Shown piece by piece: positions 12,248 to 21,198 of a stretch of 32,000 bases of DNA. The notes below the pieces were generated by a model, which was not told the origin of the DNA, did no database searches, and saw only the letters and a program-made list of their open reading frames with translations. Positions within the stretch are counted from its first letter, which is position 1. Each line of letters starts with the position of its first letter. Where the stretch lies: NCBI RefSeq assembly GCF_001644705.1, contig NZ_CP015137.1, positions 3,390,001 to 3,422,000 of the forward strand, in the 5' to 3' direction. Made by a program: the position numbers and the translations under genes. This DNA is from Dickeya solani IPO 2222 (lineage in GTDB: Bacteria; Pseudomonadota; Gammaproteobacteria; Enterobacterales; Enterobacteriaceae).

Positions 12248-13213
12248 ATGAAAAAAGAAAAACGCGGTGTGTTGATGGTGAATCTGGGCACGCCGGATGC
12301 ACCGACGCCGCAGGCGGTAAAACGTTATCTGGCTGAATTTCTGAGTGATAAACGCGTCGTGGATCTGAACCGGCTGCTGTGGTGCGCCATTCTGCGCGGC
12401 ATTATTCTGCCGATCCGTTCTCCGCGGGTGGCGAAACTTTACCAGTCGGTGTGGATGGAGGCGGGTTCGCCGCTGCTGGTTTACAGCCGCCGACAGCATC
12501 AGGCGCTGGCGGCGAGTCTGCCGGATATGCCGGTGGAGCTGGGCATGAGCTATGGTTCGCCGAGTCTGCAGTCTGCGCTGGATGCGCTGCTGGCGCAGGG
12601 TGTCACCGAGGTGACGGTGCTGCCGATGTACCCGCAGTACTCCTGTTCCACCACCGCCGCCGTGTGGGATGGTGTGGCGAGGTTGCTGAGTACCCGGCGT
12701 CAGGTGCCGGGCATCCGTTTTATCCGTGATTATGCTGAGCACCCGGCGTATATCGCGGCGCTGAAGCACCGCGTCGAACAGTCATTTGCGGAGTATGGCG
12801 TGCCGGATAAACTGGTTATTTCATTCCACGGTATTCCGCAGCGTTATGCTGATGAAGGCGATGATTATCCTGTACGCTGTGCCGCGACGGCTCAGGCGCT
12901 GACTGCCGCGCTTGGCTTGCCGCCGGAACAGGTAATGATGACCTTCCAGTCCCGCTTCGGCCGTGAAGCCTGGTTGACGCCTTACACCGATGAAACCATG
13001 CAGGCGTTGCCGAAGCAGGGGGTGAAACGGGTTCAGGTCATCTGCCCCGGTTTCGCTGCCGACTGTCTGGAAACGCTGGAAGAGATTAAAGAACAGAACC
13101 GCGAAATGTTCCTGCATGCCGGCGGGGAGTCTTTCCAGTATATCCCAGCGCTGAACGACGACCCACTACACATTGCGTTGCTGGCGCAACTGGTGAATAC
13201 GCCGTCGGCGTAA
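12248..13213 (+). CDS. hemH: Ferrochelatase
   Basis: The start is set at ATG 12248 ([21 protein letters not shown]), with GAGGA 8 nt upstream. 321 aa, collinear with E. coli HemH (320 aa). Confidence 0.94.
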   Translation: MKKEKRGVLMVNLGTPDAPTPQAVKRYLAEFLSDKRVVDLNRLLWCAILRGIILPIRSPRVAKLYQSVWMEAGSPLLVYSRRQHQALAASLPDMPVELGMSYGSPSLQSALDALLAQGVTEVTVLPMYPQYSCSTTAAVWDGVARLLSTRRQVPGIRFIRDYAEHPAYIAALKHRVEQSFAEYGVPDKLVISFHGIPQRYADEGDDYPVRCAATAQALTAALGLPPEQVMMTFQSRFGREAWLTPYTDETMQALPKQGVKRVQVICPGFAADCLETLEEIKEQNREMFLHAGGESFQYIPALNDDPLHIALLAQLVNTPSA

Positions 13214-13240
13214 GGCAAGTCATTGATATACGGTACGTGA

Positions 13241-13265
13241 CGTCAGGCGCCAGCGGCGCCTGACG
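13241..13265. terminator. Hairpin between convergent hemH and ybaL (putative bidirectional terminator)
   Basis: A perfect 11-bp stem pairs CGTCAGGCGCC with GGCGCCTGACG around a 3-nt loop. No clear T-tract on either side. Confidence 0.5.
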
Positions 13266-13274
13266 AGGGACGGT

Positions 13275-14960
13275 TTAGAGCGGGCATGCCTTGGCGGCGA
13301 CCATCTCGTCGACGTTCAGCATGGTGATCATGGTTTCGGCGATTTCCCGCTCGCCCATTACCACGTGATCGGCGCCGTGATCGGTGATGTAAGCCACTTC
13401 ATCGTCATAGTGAGCCCGGGCGATGATTTTCAGATCCGGGCGACGCGCTCTCGCCGCCGCCACGATTTCCCCGGCTTCGTAGCCGTTGGGAATGGTCAGC
13501 AACAGCCAACTGGCGCAGTCAAGACGGGCGATGTCCATAATATCGGGCCGCGTGGCGTTGCCGAGCACGGTTTTGATGCCTTGTTCCCGCAGTGCATCGA
13601 CGCGCGCGCGCGAGGTTTCAATCACCACCATCGGTACGCCAGCCTGATACAACCGGGCGCCGATCAGGCTGCCTACGCGTCCATAACCTACCAGTAACGC
13701 ATGATTGCACAGGTCAACCGGGATCTGTTTTTCCTCTTCGATCGCCTCTTCGACGATCTGCTCTTCAATGGTTTCGTGCTTGGCCAGATAGCGCTCCAGC
13801 AGGGCGAACAGCAGCGGATTGAGCATGATCGACAGAATCGCGCCGGCCAGCACCAGATTGCGGCCGTTTTCCGACAGCATGCCAAGCGAAATGCCGAGGC
13901 CAGCCAGAATAAAGGCGAACTCGCCAATTTGCGCCAGACTGACGGAAATGGTCAACGCCGTGCGTTTGGAATGCCCGAACAGGTGCACAAGCAGAAAGGC
14001 GGCCATCGACTTGCCAATCACGATAATCAGCAACGTACCCAACACCGCCAGCGGTTCGCTCACCAGGATCATCGGGTCGAACAGCATGCCGACGGAAACG
14101 AAGAACAGCACCGCGAACGCATCGCGCAGCGGCAGGGTGTCGTGTGCGGCGCGCTGGCTTAACTCGGATTCGTTCAGCACCACGCCGGCGAAAAATGCGC
14201 CCAGCGCAAACGAGACGCCAAACAGTTTGACCGCACCGAACGCGATGCCGAGCGCCATTGCCAGCACTGCCAGCGTAAATAGCTCACGCGAGCCGGTGCT
14301 GGCGCTTTTCGCTAATACCCACGGCACCACGCGTCGGCCTACCACCACCATCAGCGTAATGAACGCTATCACTTTGCTAAGGGTAATCGCCAGATCTTGC
14401 AGCAGTTTACTGGTATTGGTGGTATCGGTTTTCAGCATGTCGGCGAAGGCCGGCAGCAGCACCAGCGTCAGCACCATCGCCAGATCTTCGACAATTAGCC
14501 AGCCAATGGCGATCTGCCCGCGCTGGCTGTCGATCAACTGACGTTCCTCCAGCGCGCGCAGCAGCACCACGGTACTGGCGGTGGACAGACACAAACCAAA
14601 CACCAACCCCTCCGGCAGGCTCCAGCCCAGCACTGCAGACAGCCCGGCGCCCAGCAGGGTCGCCATCACGATTTGTGCTACGGCGCCGGGAATGGCAATC
14701 GACTTCACCGCCATCAAGTCCCGTAAAGAGAAATGCAGCCCAACGCCGAACATCAGTAAAATTACGCCCAGTTCGGCAATTTCCGGCGCCAGTTGGGTAT
14801 CGGCGACAAAACCCGGCGTAAAAGGACCGACCAGCACGCCGGCCACCAGATACCCGACCAGCGGCGAAATGCGTAGTCGGTTGGCCAGAATGCCCAGCAG
14901 AAAAGCCAGCACCAGGCCGACGGCCATCGTGGAGATTAAGGGGGTGGTATTATCATGCAT
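13275..14960 (-). CDS. ybaL: CPA2-family cation/proton antiporter with C-terminal RCK/TrkA-N domain (YbaL)
   Basis: 561 aa, MHDNTTPLISTMAVGLVLAFLLGILANRLRISPLVGYL... It is collinear with E. coli YbaL (558 aa). There is a GGAG RBS and an NAD-fold motif LLVGYGRVG. Confidence 0.93.
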   Translation of the reverse strand: MHDNTTPLISTMAVGLVLAFLLGILANRLRISPLVGYLVAGVLVGPFTPGFVADTQLAPEIAELGVILLMFGVGLHFSLRDLMAVKSIAIPGAVAQIVMATLLGAGLSAVLGWSLPEGLVFGLCLSTASTVVLLRALEERQLIDSQRGQIAIGWLIVEDLAMVLTLVLLPAFADMLKTDTTNTSKLLQDLAITLSKVIAFITLMVVVGRRVVPWVLAKSASTGSRELFTLAVLAMALGIAFGAVKLFGVSFALGAFFAGVVLNESELSQRAAHDTLPLRDAFAVLFFVSVGMLFDPMILVSEPLAVLGTLLIIVIGKSMAAFLLVHLFGHSKRTALTISVSLAQIGEFAFILAGLGISLGMLSENGRNLVLAGAILSIMLNPLLFALLERYLAKHETIEEQIVEEAIEEEKQIPVDLCNHALLVGYGRVGSLIGARLYQAGVPMVVIETSRARVDALREQGIKTVLGNATRPDIMDIARLDCASWLLLTIPNGYEAGEIVAAARARRPDLKIIARAHYDDEVAYITDHGADHVVMGEREIAETMITMLNVDEMVAAKACPL

Positions 14961-15448
14961 TCCGACTCCTTTGCCATGCGTAACGAGAATGAGCGGATAT
15001 TCCTGAGCCGTCAGTGGATTGCGGCTCAGGAATGCTTATGTACCCTGCCGGCCCAAACCGTTCCCTATCCGTATACCGATGGCACTATTCAACGTCAGAG
15101 GGGGAAAACCGTCAGGAAGACGGGCAGAGTGAGACATAAATGGTGTTTTTCATCTATTTAAATAGTGTAACACATATTTTCAGTTAAATTATTGCTTTTA
15201 TCGTTGATATATAGAGCTAATTCAATCTCTGTTTGCGGATAAATCCCGCCAGCCACGTCCGTAATTATTCCTGCTGTCATTCAAGTAACGGATTATCAGA
15301 ATGATCGTGTTGCCGCGCTGCGATAGCGCGGGGCGTCTCAGGTTCATCATAACGTCAACCATCTGGTCCCGATTTGTGTTAATTTGAGCGCGTGACAGCA
15401 GGTTTAATGTAACAATTCTATAAGGAATTTTTATTACGGGGAGCGGTT

Positions 15449-17101
15449 ATGCATTTTTTTGTCAAAAATCTGGGATGCCTGATGGCGGTAACGCTGGCGC
15501 TGTCGTCAACTTACGCGCTGGCATGGGAAAAAGATAAAACCTACAACATCACGATCCTGCACACCAATGACCACCACGGCCATTTCTGGCAGAACGATTA
15601 CGGCGAATACGGTCTGGCGGCGCAGAAAACGCTGGTAGATCAGATTCGTCAGGAAGTGGCAGGCAAAGGCGGCAGCGTATTGCTGCTCTCGGGCGGCGAT
15701 ATCAACACCGGGGTGCCGGAATCCGACCTGCAGGATGCCGAACCGGACTTTCGCGGCATGAACCTGGTGGGTTATGACGCCATGGCGATCGGCAACCATG
15801 AATTCGACAACCCGCTCACGGTATTGCGCCAGCAGGAAAAATGGGCGCATTTCCCGCTGCTTTCCGCCAATATTTACCAGAAAAGCACCAAAAAGCGGTT
15901 GTTCAAGCCTTACGCACTGTTTGACCGTCAGGGGATCAAGATTGCCGTTATCGGCCTGACGACCGACGATACCGCCAAAATCGGCAATCCTGAGTACTTC
16001 CACGACATCGAGTTCCGTAAACCAGCCGACGAGGCGAAAAAGGTGGTGGAACAACTGCGTAAAAAAGAGAAACCGGATGTCATTATCGCTGCCACCCACA
16101 TGGGGCACTACGATAACGGCGATCACGGTTCCAACGCGCCGGGCGACGTAGAAATGGCGCGCAGCCTGCCTGCGGGATACCTCGACATGATCGTCGGCGG
16201 CCATTCGCAGGACCCGGTGTGCATGGCCAGCGAGAATAAAAAACAGGTGAATTATGTGCCCGGCACGCCCTGCGCGCCGGATCGTCAGAACGGGACCTGG
16301 ATTGTGCAGGCGCATGAGTGGGGTAAATACGTCGGTCGCGCCGATTTCACCTTCCGTAACGGCGAGCTGACGCTGGCACACTATCAGCTGATTCCGATCA
16401 ACCTGAAGAAGAAAGTCGAGAAGGCCGACGGCACCAGCGAACGCGTGTACTACACCCAGGAAATCAACCAGAACCCAGACATGATGAAGCTGCTGACGCC
16501 GTTCCAGGAAAAGGGCAAGGCGCAGCTGGATGTGAAAGTGGGTAACGTGAATGGCCGGCTGGAAGGTGACCGCAACAAGGTTCGTTTCGTACAAACCAAC
16601 CTGTCGCGAGTGCTGCTGTCCGCCCAGTTGGAGCGGGCCAAAGCGGACTTCGCGATAATGAGCGGCGGCGGCGTGCGGGATTCAATTGAATCCGGCGACA
16701 TCACCTACAAGACCCTGCTTAAGGTGCAACCGTTCGGCAACACGCTGGTATATGCCGATCTGAAAGGCAGCGAGGTGGAAAAATACCTGGCGGTAGTCGC
16801 CAATAAGAAGGTGGATTCCGGCGCTTATGCTCAGTTCCTGAATGTCAGTCTGGAGGCGGACGGCACCGGCGTGAAGAACGTGAAGATCAAGGGTGAGCCG
16901 CTGCAGGCGGACAAGATCTACCGTATCTCCACTCTGAGCTTTAACGCCACCGGCGGTGACGGCTACCCGAAACTGAGCGACCTGCCGAGCTACGTCAATA
17001 CCGGCTTTGTGGACGCGGAAGTGTTGCGTCAGTACGTCGAAAAACACTCTCCATTGCAGGCGGCGGACTACGAGCCGAAAGGCGAGATTGTTTATAAATA
17101 A
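15449..17101 (+). CDS. ushA: UDP-sugar hydrolase / 5'-nucleotidase (periplasmic)
   Basis: 550 aa with a signal peptide and the metallophosphoesterase motifs ILHTNDHHGHFW and GNHEFD. It is collinear with E. coli UshA. Confidence 0.96.
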   Translation: MHFFVKNLGCLMAVTLALSSTYALAWEKDKTYNITILHTNDHHGHFWQNDYGEYGLAAQKTLVDQIRQEVAGKGGSVLLLSGGDINTGVPESDLQDAEPDFRGMNLVGYDAMAIGNHEFDNPLTVLRQQEKWAHFPLLSANIYQKSTKKRLFKPYALFDRQGIKIAVIGLTTDDTAKIGNPEYFHDIEFRKPADEAKKVVEQLRKKEKPDVIIAATHMGHYDNGDHGSNAPGDVEMARSLPAGYLDMIVGGHSQDPVCMASENKKQVNYVPGTPCAPDRQNGTWIVQAHEWGKYVGRADFTFRNGELTLAHYQLIPINLKKKVEKADGTSERVYYTQEINQNPDMMKLLTPFQEKGKAQLDVKVGNVNGRLEGDRNKVRFVQTNLSRVLLSAQLERAKADFAIMSGGGVRDSIESGDITYKTLLKVQPFGNTLVYADLKGSEVEKYLAVVANKKVDSGAYAQFLNVSLEADGTGVKNVKIKGEPLQADKIYRISTLSFNATGGDGYPKLSDLPSYVNTGFVDAEVLRQYVEKHSPLQAADYEPKGEIVYK

Positions 17102-17113
17102 TTAATGTATGTG

Positions 17114-17155
17114 GCGGTTTCTGTTCTGTTGTTGAGGATGGAGACCGCCGTTTTC
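17114..17155 (+). terminator. Rho-independent terminator of ushA (repeat copy A)
   Basis: The stem pairs GGCGGTTTC (17114-17122) with GAGACCGCC (17141-17149), 9 bp including one G:U, around an 18-nt loop. GTTTTCT follows. Confidence 0.7.
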
Positions 17156-17405
17156 TCCGCTGAAAAACGCTTTCGCAAAAACCTTCTGTAACCTCATTCA
17201 TGAATACCCCATTCTTATTCACGTAATAACATTGCTACCACGATATTATTCGGTCATAAAATACTGATGGTAGCGTCATTGGCGGCACTTACCGTTGTTT
17301 ATTGGCATCATGCTCAATAGCGGCGATTATATAGGGATATATGGAAAATATATTTTATCGTATTTCGAAATAATAATAATTATTATGTACCGTAGGCGCT
17401 TTTCG

Positions 17406-17431
17406 GTAGCGATATTATCGCTGCTTTTTTT
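17406..17431 (+). terminator. Orphan terminator-like hairpin with T7 tract in AT-rich spacer
   Basis: The stem pairs GTAGCGAT with ATCGCTGC (8 bp including one U:G) around an ATT loop. TTTTTTT follows at 17425-17431. No annotated ORF ends here. Confidence 0.4.
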
Positions 17432-17726
17432 CTGTTTCAGGAATAAGTGGATTGCGGTCGATTTTCAGAGCTAAATATCGTTTGGTGAAGAGTATATTGG
17501 CGTAATGGCTTTAAAATTATAGCAATATTCGCTACGCTGATATAAATGACCAATGATTTCCTGTTGTTATTTTGATGATGACGCAGGTCGTAAGGCGATA
17601 ATGTTGACACTTTTTTACTTTATCGATTAATATTACGCCGCTCGTAGTTATTTAAAGAATGGGTTTTTATCAGTAAATCAAGTGTTGCTATTTCTCAATG
17701 CCTTATTTATTTCAGGAGATTTAATT

Positions 17727-18125
17727 ATGCGCAATACCTCTATCGGCATATTCATGCTGACATTTCTTCCTTTCGTCAGTGAAGCGGCGACAAGCATAAC
17801 TATTGATTCTCAAAGAAATTGCCTGACAGCGCCATCAATGGATACCCTGTCGGGTACATCGGCAAAATTTTCGTTAGAACAAGGAAGATATGTTTTGTCT
17901 CTTGTTTCTAATAGTATGAATTGTACCAGCTCATCAAGTAATAGCTGCCCTATCGATACCGTCATGGTGCAAGGTGGATTTAAAAATTCTCGTTGGGGCG
18001 TCTCTGTTACCAGCACTCCGGTTGTTGTGGATACAACAACATCACCGTTTATAGCGTATATCAGCGACGATAATTGTAATGATAATATTGGTCAGGCGAC
18101 GCTGCTGATACAAAAAGCAAACTAA
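17727..18125 (+). CDS. Hypothetical secreted protein (132 aa, Sec signal peptide, 4 Cys)
   Basis: AGGAG lies 8 nt upstream of ATG 17727. The signal peptide is MRNTSIGIFMLTFLPFVSEA|ATS. The mature ~112-aa product is S/T/N-rich with four cysteines. I recognise no family. The gene is AT-rich relative to the core genes. Confidence 0.7.
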   Translation: MRNTSIGIFMLTFLPFVSEAATSITIDSQRNCLTAPSMDTLSGTSAKFSLEQGRYVLSLVSNSMNCTSSSSNSCPIDTVMVQGGFKNSRWGVSVTSTPVVVDTTTSPFIAYISDDNCNDNIGQATLLIQKAN

Positions 18126-18435
18126 TTCGTTTTCGGGAAACTTAACTCATGGGTATAGACTTAGTTATTAAAAATAAACTCATGTTTATCGTTTTACTGC
18201 TGGATACGCTCATATTCCAGTAGATGATGAGTCGTATTAGTCTTTAAATAGCGCTCCATCAGTATTTTCTGGTGTGGGCGCTATATCGCCGTTTCCACCC
18301 AGAACGCTGGTTGTCGTCACGCTGTTATCTTACCCACAAGCCTGAACACTGCCCGAAGTAAGACGCTGGTTTTCAAAGTGTGCGTCAGGCTCTGTGCGCG
18401 CGAAGCGCATCAGTCAAACGTGGTGCACCATAATG

Positions 18436-18473
18436 GGGTTCCGTTCTGTTATTGAGAATGGCAACCACCGCTT
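18436..18473 (+). repeat. Degenerate second copy (B) of the ushA terminator element
   Basis: 30/38 positions are identical to 17116-17153, in the same orientation at an offset of 1320 bp. The shared core is GTTCTGTT.TTGAG.ATGG..ACC.CCG. Confidence 0.7.
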
Positions 18474-18489
18474 CAGTATGGCCGGAAAA

Positions 18490-18861
18490 TCATGCCAGGA
18501 GCGCTGATGGATAGCGGCCTTCTTTAGCCATCTCTTTTATGCGCTCCTGCACTTTGCGGTTTAGCTCCATCTGCTGGTCCGCAGGCATGGCTTCATACTG
18601 TTCTTTGGAAATCCCCATCGAGGACAGGACGGAAAAAAACAACCTTTCTTCCGGGGACATTGCGAGCCACTCTATGAGTTCCTGGGCCGCGGCGGACGGC
18701 TGGGGTTGTGCCCTGACATTCGCTTCATTCCTGGAGGTGATGCGCTCTTCTGTCTGTGCTTTTTTAAGCGCAATTTCGAAAGTGTTTCCTTCTGACTCAA
18801 TCTGGAGAGCGCTCGCCGGCGTATATGAAGGGCTGATTGCCTGAATCTCAAGTTTGGACAT
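18490..18861 (-). CDS. Hypothetical protein (123 aa)
   Basis: This is the only long ORF in the region. It has no signal peptide or TM segment, and the C-terminal half looks helical (ELIEWLAMSPEERLFFSVLSSMGISKEQYEAMPADQQMELNRKVQERIKEMAKE). The RBS is weak. I recognise no family. Confidence 0.55.
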   Translation of the reverse strand: MSKLEIQAISPSYTPASALQIESEGNTFEIALKKAQTEERITSRNEANVRAQPQPSAAAQELIEWLAMSPEERLFFSVLSSMGISKEQYEAMPADQQMELNRKVQERIKEMAKEGRYPSALLA

Positions 18862-19349
18862 GTCTATTTTCCGGGATGCCGTGGGAACGAAATAATAATC
18901 CTACTTTTTTAATGGTTTTATCCAAAAGACAATATTCATAAATAGGCTTAAATCAGGCGATAGGTTTTCACTATTAACGAAGAAAGGGACATGCTGATGT
19001 TGATACCGGACTGCGTGTTGGCCGATCCTTTTGAAAATCAGTGACGTCGGCATCAATTTTATCACGTTCTGTGAGTGTACGGCCTTAACCCTGTGATACT
19101 GTTGAAACATGATGGCTAAGGATGATGCCTCTCTTCTTCACGGTGCCGGACCCGGTTAGCTCAGGTTGAGAGTAAACCGGATTTATTAATGAATAATCTT
19201 TTTTATGCTCAAAAATCATATAAGGAAGATTTATATTTTCTGCTATTTAAAAAAGATGATGCATTGCTGATTTTATTAAAAATAGTGTCATAAGCGGTGG
19301 GTATGACATAGAAAATTGATAACATAATCTCATAAAAGGTGATCAACCC

Positions 19350-20918
19350 ATGAAGATATCCCTCGCCAGGAGGCTTTGGTTTCCGCTTATTATTAGTTTG
19401 CTGTGTCTGGCAGGAACGCTGTTTTATGGCTCGCTAAAAATTAAACAGGATCAGTTATCACTAAGAAAAAGTGAACTAATGCATGTTACGCAGCTGGCGT
19501 TGGGGGTGGTAAAAACCAATGCCGAACAAGCCAGTAGTGGGGTGATTTCTCAGAGTGAAGCACAGCAGCGTGCAATGAAAGCCATAAAAGACCTGCGTTA
19601 TGGCGATTCAGGATATTTCACCATACTAAACTCTCAGGCCCGGGTCTTAATGCACCCGATAAATGAAAAACTGATTGGGCAGGGTGAGGATTTCAAAGAC
19701 GCGAATGGCGTCTATCTTTTCAGAGAGATGGTTACGGTAACAAGAGACAACCAGTCTGGTTATACTGTTTACGCTTTTCCTCGTCCCGGCTCTACCGTTG
19801 CACAGCCTAAAGTGGCATATAATTCACCCTATGCCCCCTGGGACTGGATAATTAGCACCGGTCTTTATGTCGATGACATTAATGAGGCGTTTATTTATTC
19901 TTTATATCACAATGTCATTGTCTTTGTATTAATTAGCGCAGTGCTTTTATTTTTTGCTTATTATATCAATCGCAATATCTTGCGCATTCTTGGCGGTGAA
20001 CCTACTTACGCCGCAGAAGTGGCCGCCCGCATCGCGGCAGGTAATTTATCTTATCCGGTCACGACATTGCCTGGCGATAAAATTAGCCTGTTACATGAGA
20101 TGGGCCTGATGCGGGAGCAGTTAATCACGGTTATCGAAGATATTCGTTCCGGAGCTGAGGTCATTAATGCCAGCACTGGCGAAATTATTGCTGGTAACAT
20201 GGAGCTGTCGTCACACACGGAACGGCAGGCCACCGCGCTGGAGAAAACGTCAGCCAGTATGGAAGAAATTACCTCCACCGTTAAACAGAATGCTGAAAAT
20301 ACAGAGCAGGCCCGTCAACTGGCGCATTCCGCACTGGAGATAGCCTCCCGGGGCGGGGCGGTGATGCAGGAAGTGAACGACACGATGAATGGTATTTCTG
20401 AAAGCTCCGACAAGATCGCTAACATCACCGAGGTGGTGAATAATATTGCCTTCCAAACCAATATTCTTGCTCTGAACGCCGCGGTGGAAGCTGCACGAGC
20501 CGGTGAACAAGGGCGTGGTTTCGCCGTAGTGGCTGGAGAGGTGCGAAGCCTTGCCTTGCGTAGCGCACAGGCTGCCAGAGAGATAAAAAGCCTGATAGAA
20601 GAATCGGTTTCTCGCGTTAACAGCGGTTCAACGAAGATAAAAGTGGCCGACAGCAACATCCAGGAGGTGGTCAGTGCTGTACAGCATGTGGCTGATATTA
20701 TGGTGGAAATTTCTACGGCGACGAGTGAGCAAGGGAAAGGAATTAGCTACATTAATGAGTCGATTGTCCAGATTGATTCGATCACCCAGCAGAACACAGC
20801 CCTGGTTCAACAGGCTGTAGCCGCGGCAAATGAACTGGAAGCACAGGCACAGCGGTTGAAAGAGTCGGTGGCGTATTTTAATACTGACAGCGCCGGCCAC
20901 AGACACACTGGCGATTAG
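19350..20918 (+). CDS. Methyl-accepting chemotaxis protein with single-Cache (sCache_2-like) periplasmic sensor
   Basis: TM1 spans aa 9-29. The periplasmic domain (~155 aa) carries the Cache signature [17 protein letters not shown]...DANG...[11 protein letters not shown]...[17 protein letters not shown]2, a HAMP domain and the conserved signalling hairpin [17 protein letters not shown] follow. There is no C-terminal NWETF pentapeptide. Confidence 0.92.
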   Translation: MKISLARRLWFPLIISLLCLAGTLFYGSLKIKQDQLSLRKSELMHVTQLALGVVKTNAEQASSGVISQSEAQQRAMKAIKDLRYGDSGYFTILNSQARVLMHPINEKLIGQGEDFKDANGVYLFREMVTVTRDNQSGYTVYAFPRPGSTVAQPKVAYNSPYAPWDWIISTGLYVDDINEAFIYSLYHNVIVFVLISAVLLFFAYYINRNILRILGGEPTYAAEVAARIAAGNLSYPVTTLPGDKISLLHEMGLMREQLITVIEDIRSGAEVINASTGEIIAGNMELSSHTERQATALEKTSASMEEITSTVKQNAENTEQARQLAHSALEIASRGGAVMQEVNDTMNGISESSDKIANITEVVNNIAFQTNILALNAAVEAARAGEQGRGFAVVAGEVRSLALRSAQAAREIKSLIEESVSRVNSGSTKIKVADSNIQEVVSAVQHVADIMVEISTATSEQGKGISYINESIVQIDSITQQNTALVQQAVAAANELEAQAQRLKESVAYFNTDSAGHRHTGD

Positions 20919-21167
20919 CCATACGCTGTAGTGGTAAAATAAAACAGGCGGCGGATGGTGGTATACGGTGCTTTGGATAGCAACACTGAGCCCGTTATTT
21001 CCTGATGCCGCTTTTAGTCTGGTTTCGTACCACTTCTTTTACGTGTGTTGTGCAATCTCCCAGTCACGTTTCGCCAAAATCGGGCGTATCCCCAAAACCT
21101 TGTTTCACAAACCAAATCGTGATCGCCACAACCGTTTTGAGAAGCGGGTGATGATACATTCTCTATA

Positions 21168-21184
21168 AATGAAACATCGTTTTA
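21168..21184 (+). promoter_or_regulatory. KdgR operator (KdgR box) upstream of the GH28 gene
   Basis: AATGAAACATCGTTTTA matches every position of the 17-bp KdgR consensus AATRAAAYRNYRTTTYA as I recall it from Erwinia chrysanthemi pectinolysis genes. It overlaps a TATAAAT -10-like element (21164-21170) and lies 15 bp upstream of ATG 21199. Confidence 0.7.
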
Positions 21185-21198
21185 CTTATGGAGTGATT

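Noticed and set aside
14955-15161. 68-aa plus-strand ORF starting inside the ybaL start region.
   Set aside because: It overlaps the ybaL start codon and RBS in antisense, has no SD, and shows no similarity to anything I recognise. It also contains the 12-bp inverted repeat, which suggests non-coding function.
18290-18430. GC-richer non-coding stretch in the AT-rich island, considered as a possible pseudogene remnant.
   Set aside because: Translating the frames I tried on both strands by eye gave only short ORFs (27 aa or less) with no recognisable similarity. I cannot support a pseudogene call without a database search.
18901-19110. 69-aa minus-strand ORF upstream of the 123-aa gene, and the 66-aa plus-strand ORF at 20968-21168.
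   Set aside because: Neither has an SD sequence. Both lie in intergenic or promoter DNA and have implausible composition. The second would end exactly where the GH28 regulatory region (KdgR box) lies.
19246-19272. Possible FliA (sigma-28) promoter upstream of the MCP (TAAA ... GCTGATTT).
   Set aside because: The spacing between TAAA and the -10-like element is 13 nt rather than 15, and the -10 matches GCCGATAA at only 5/8 positions. This is too weak to call in AT-rich DNA.
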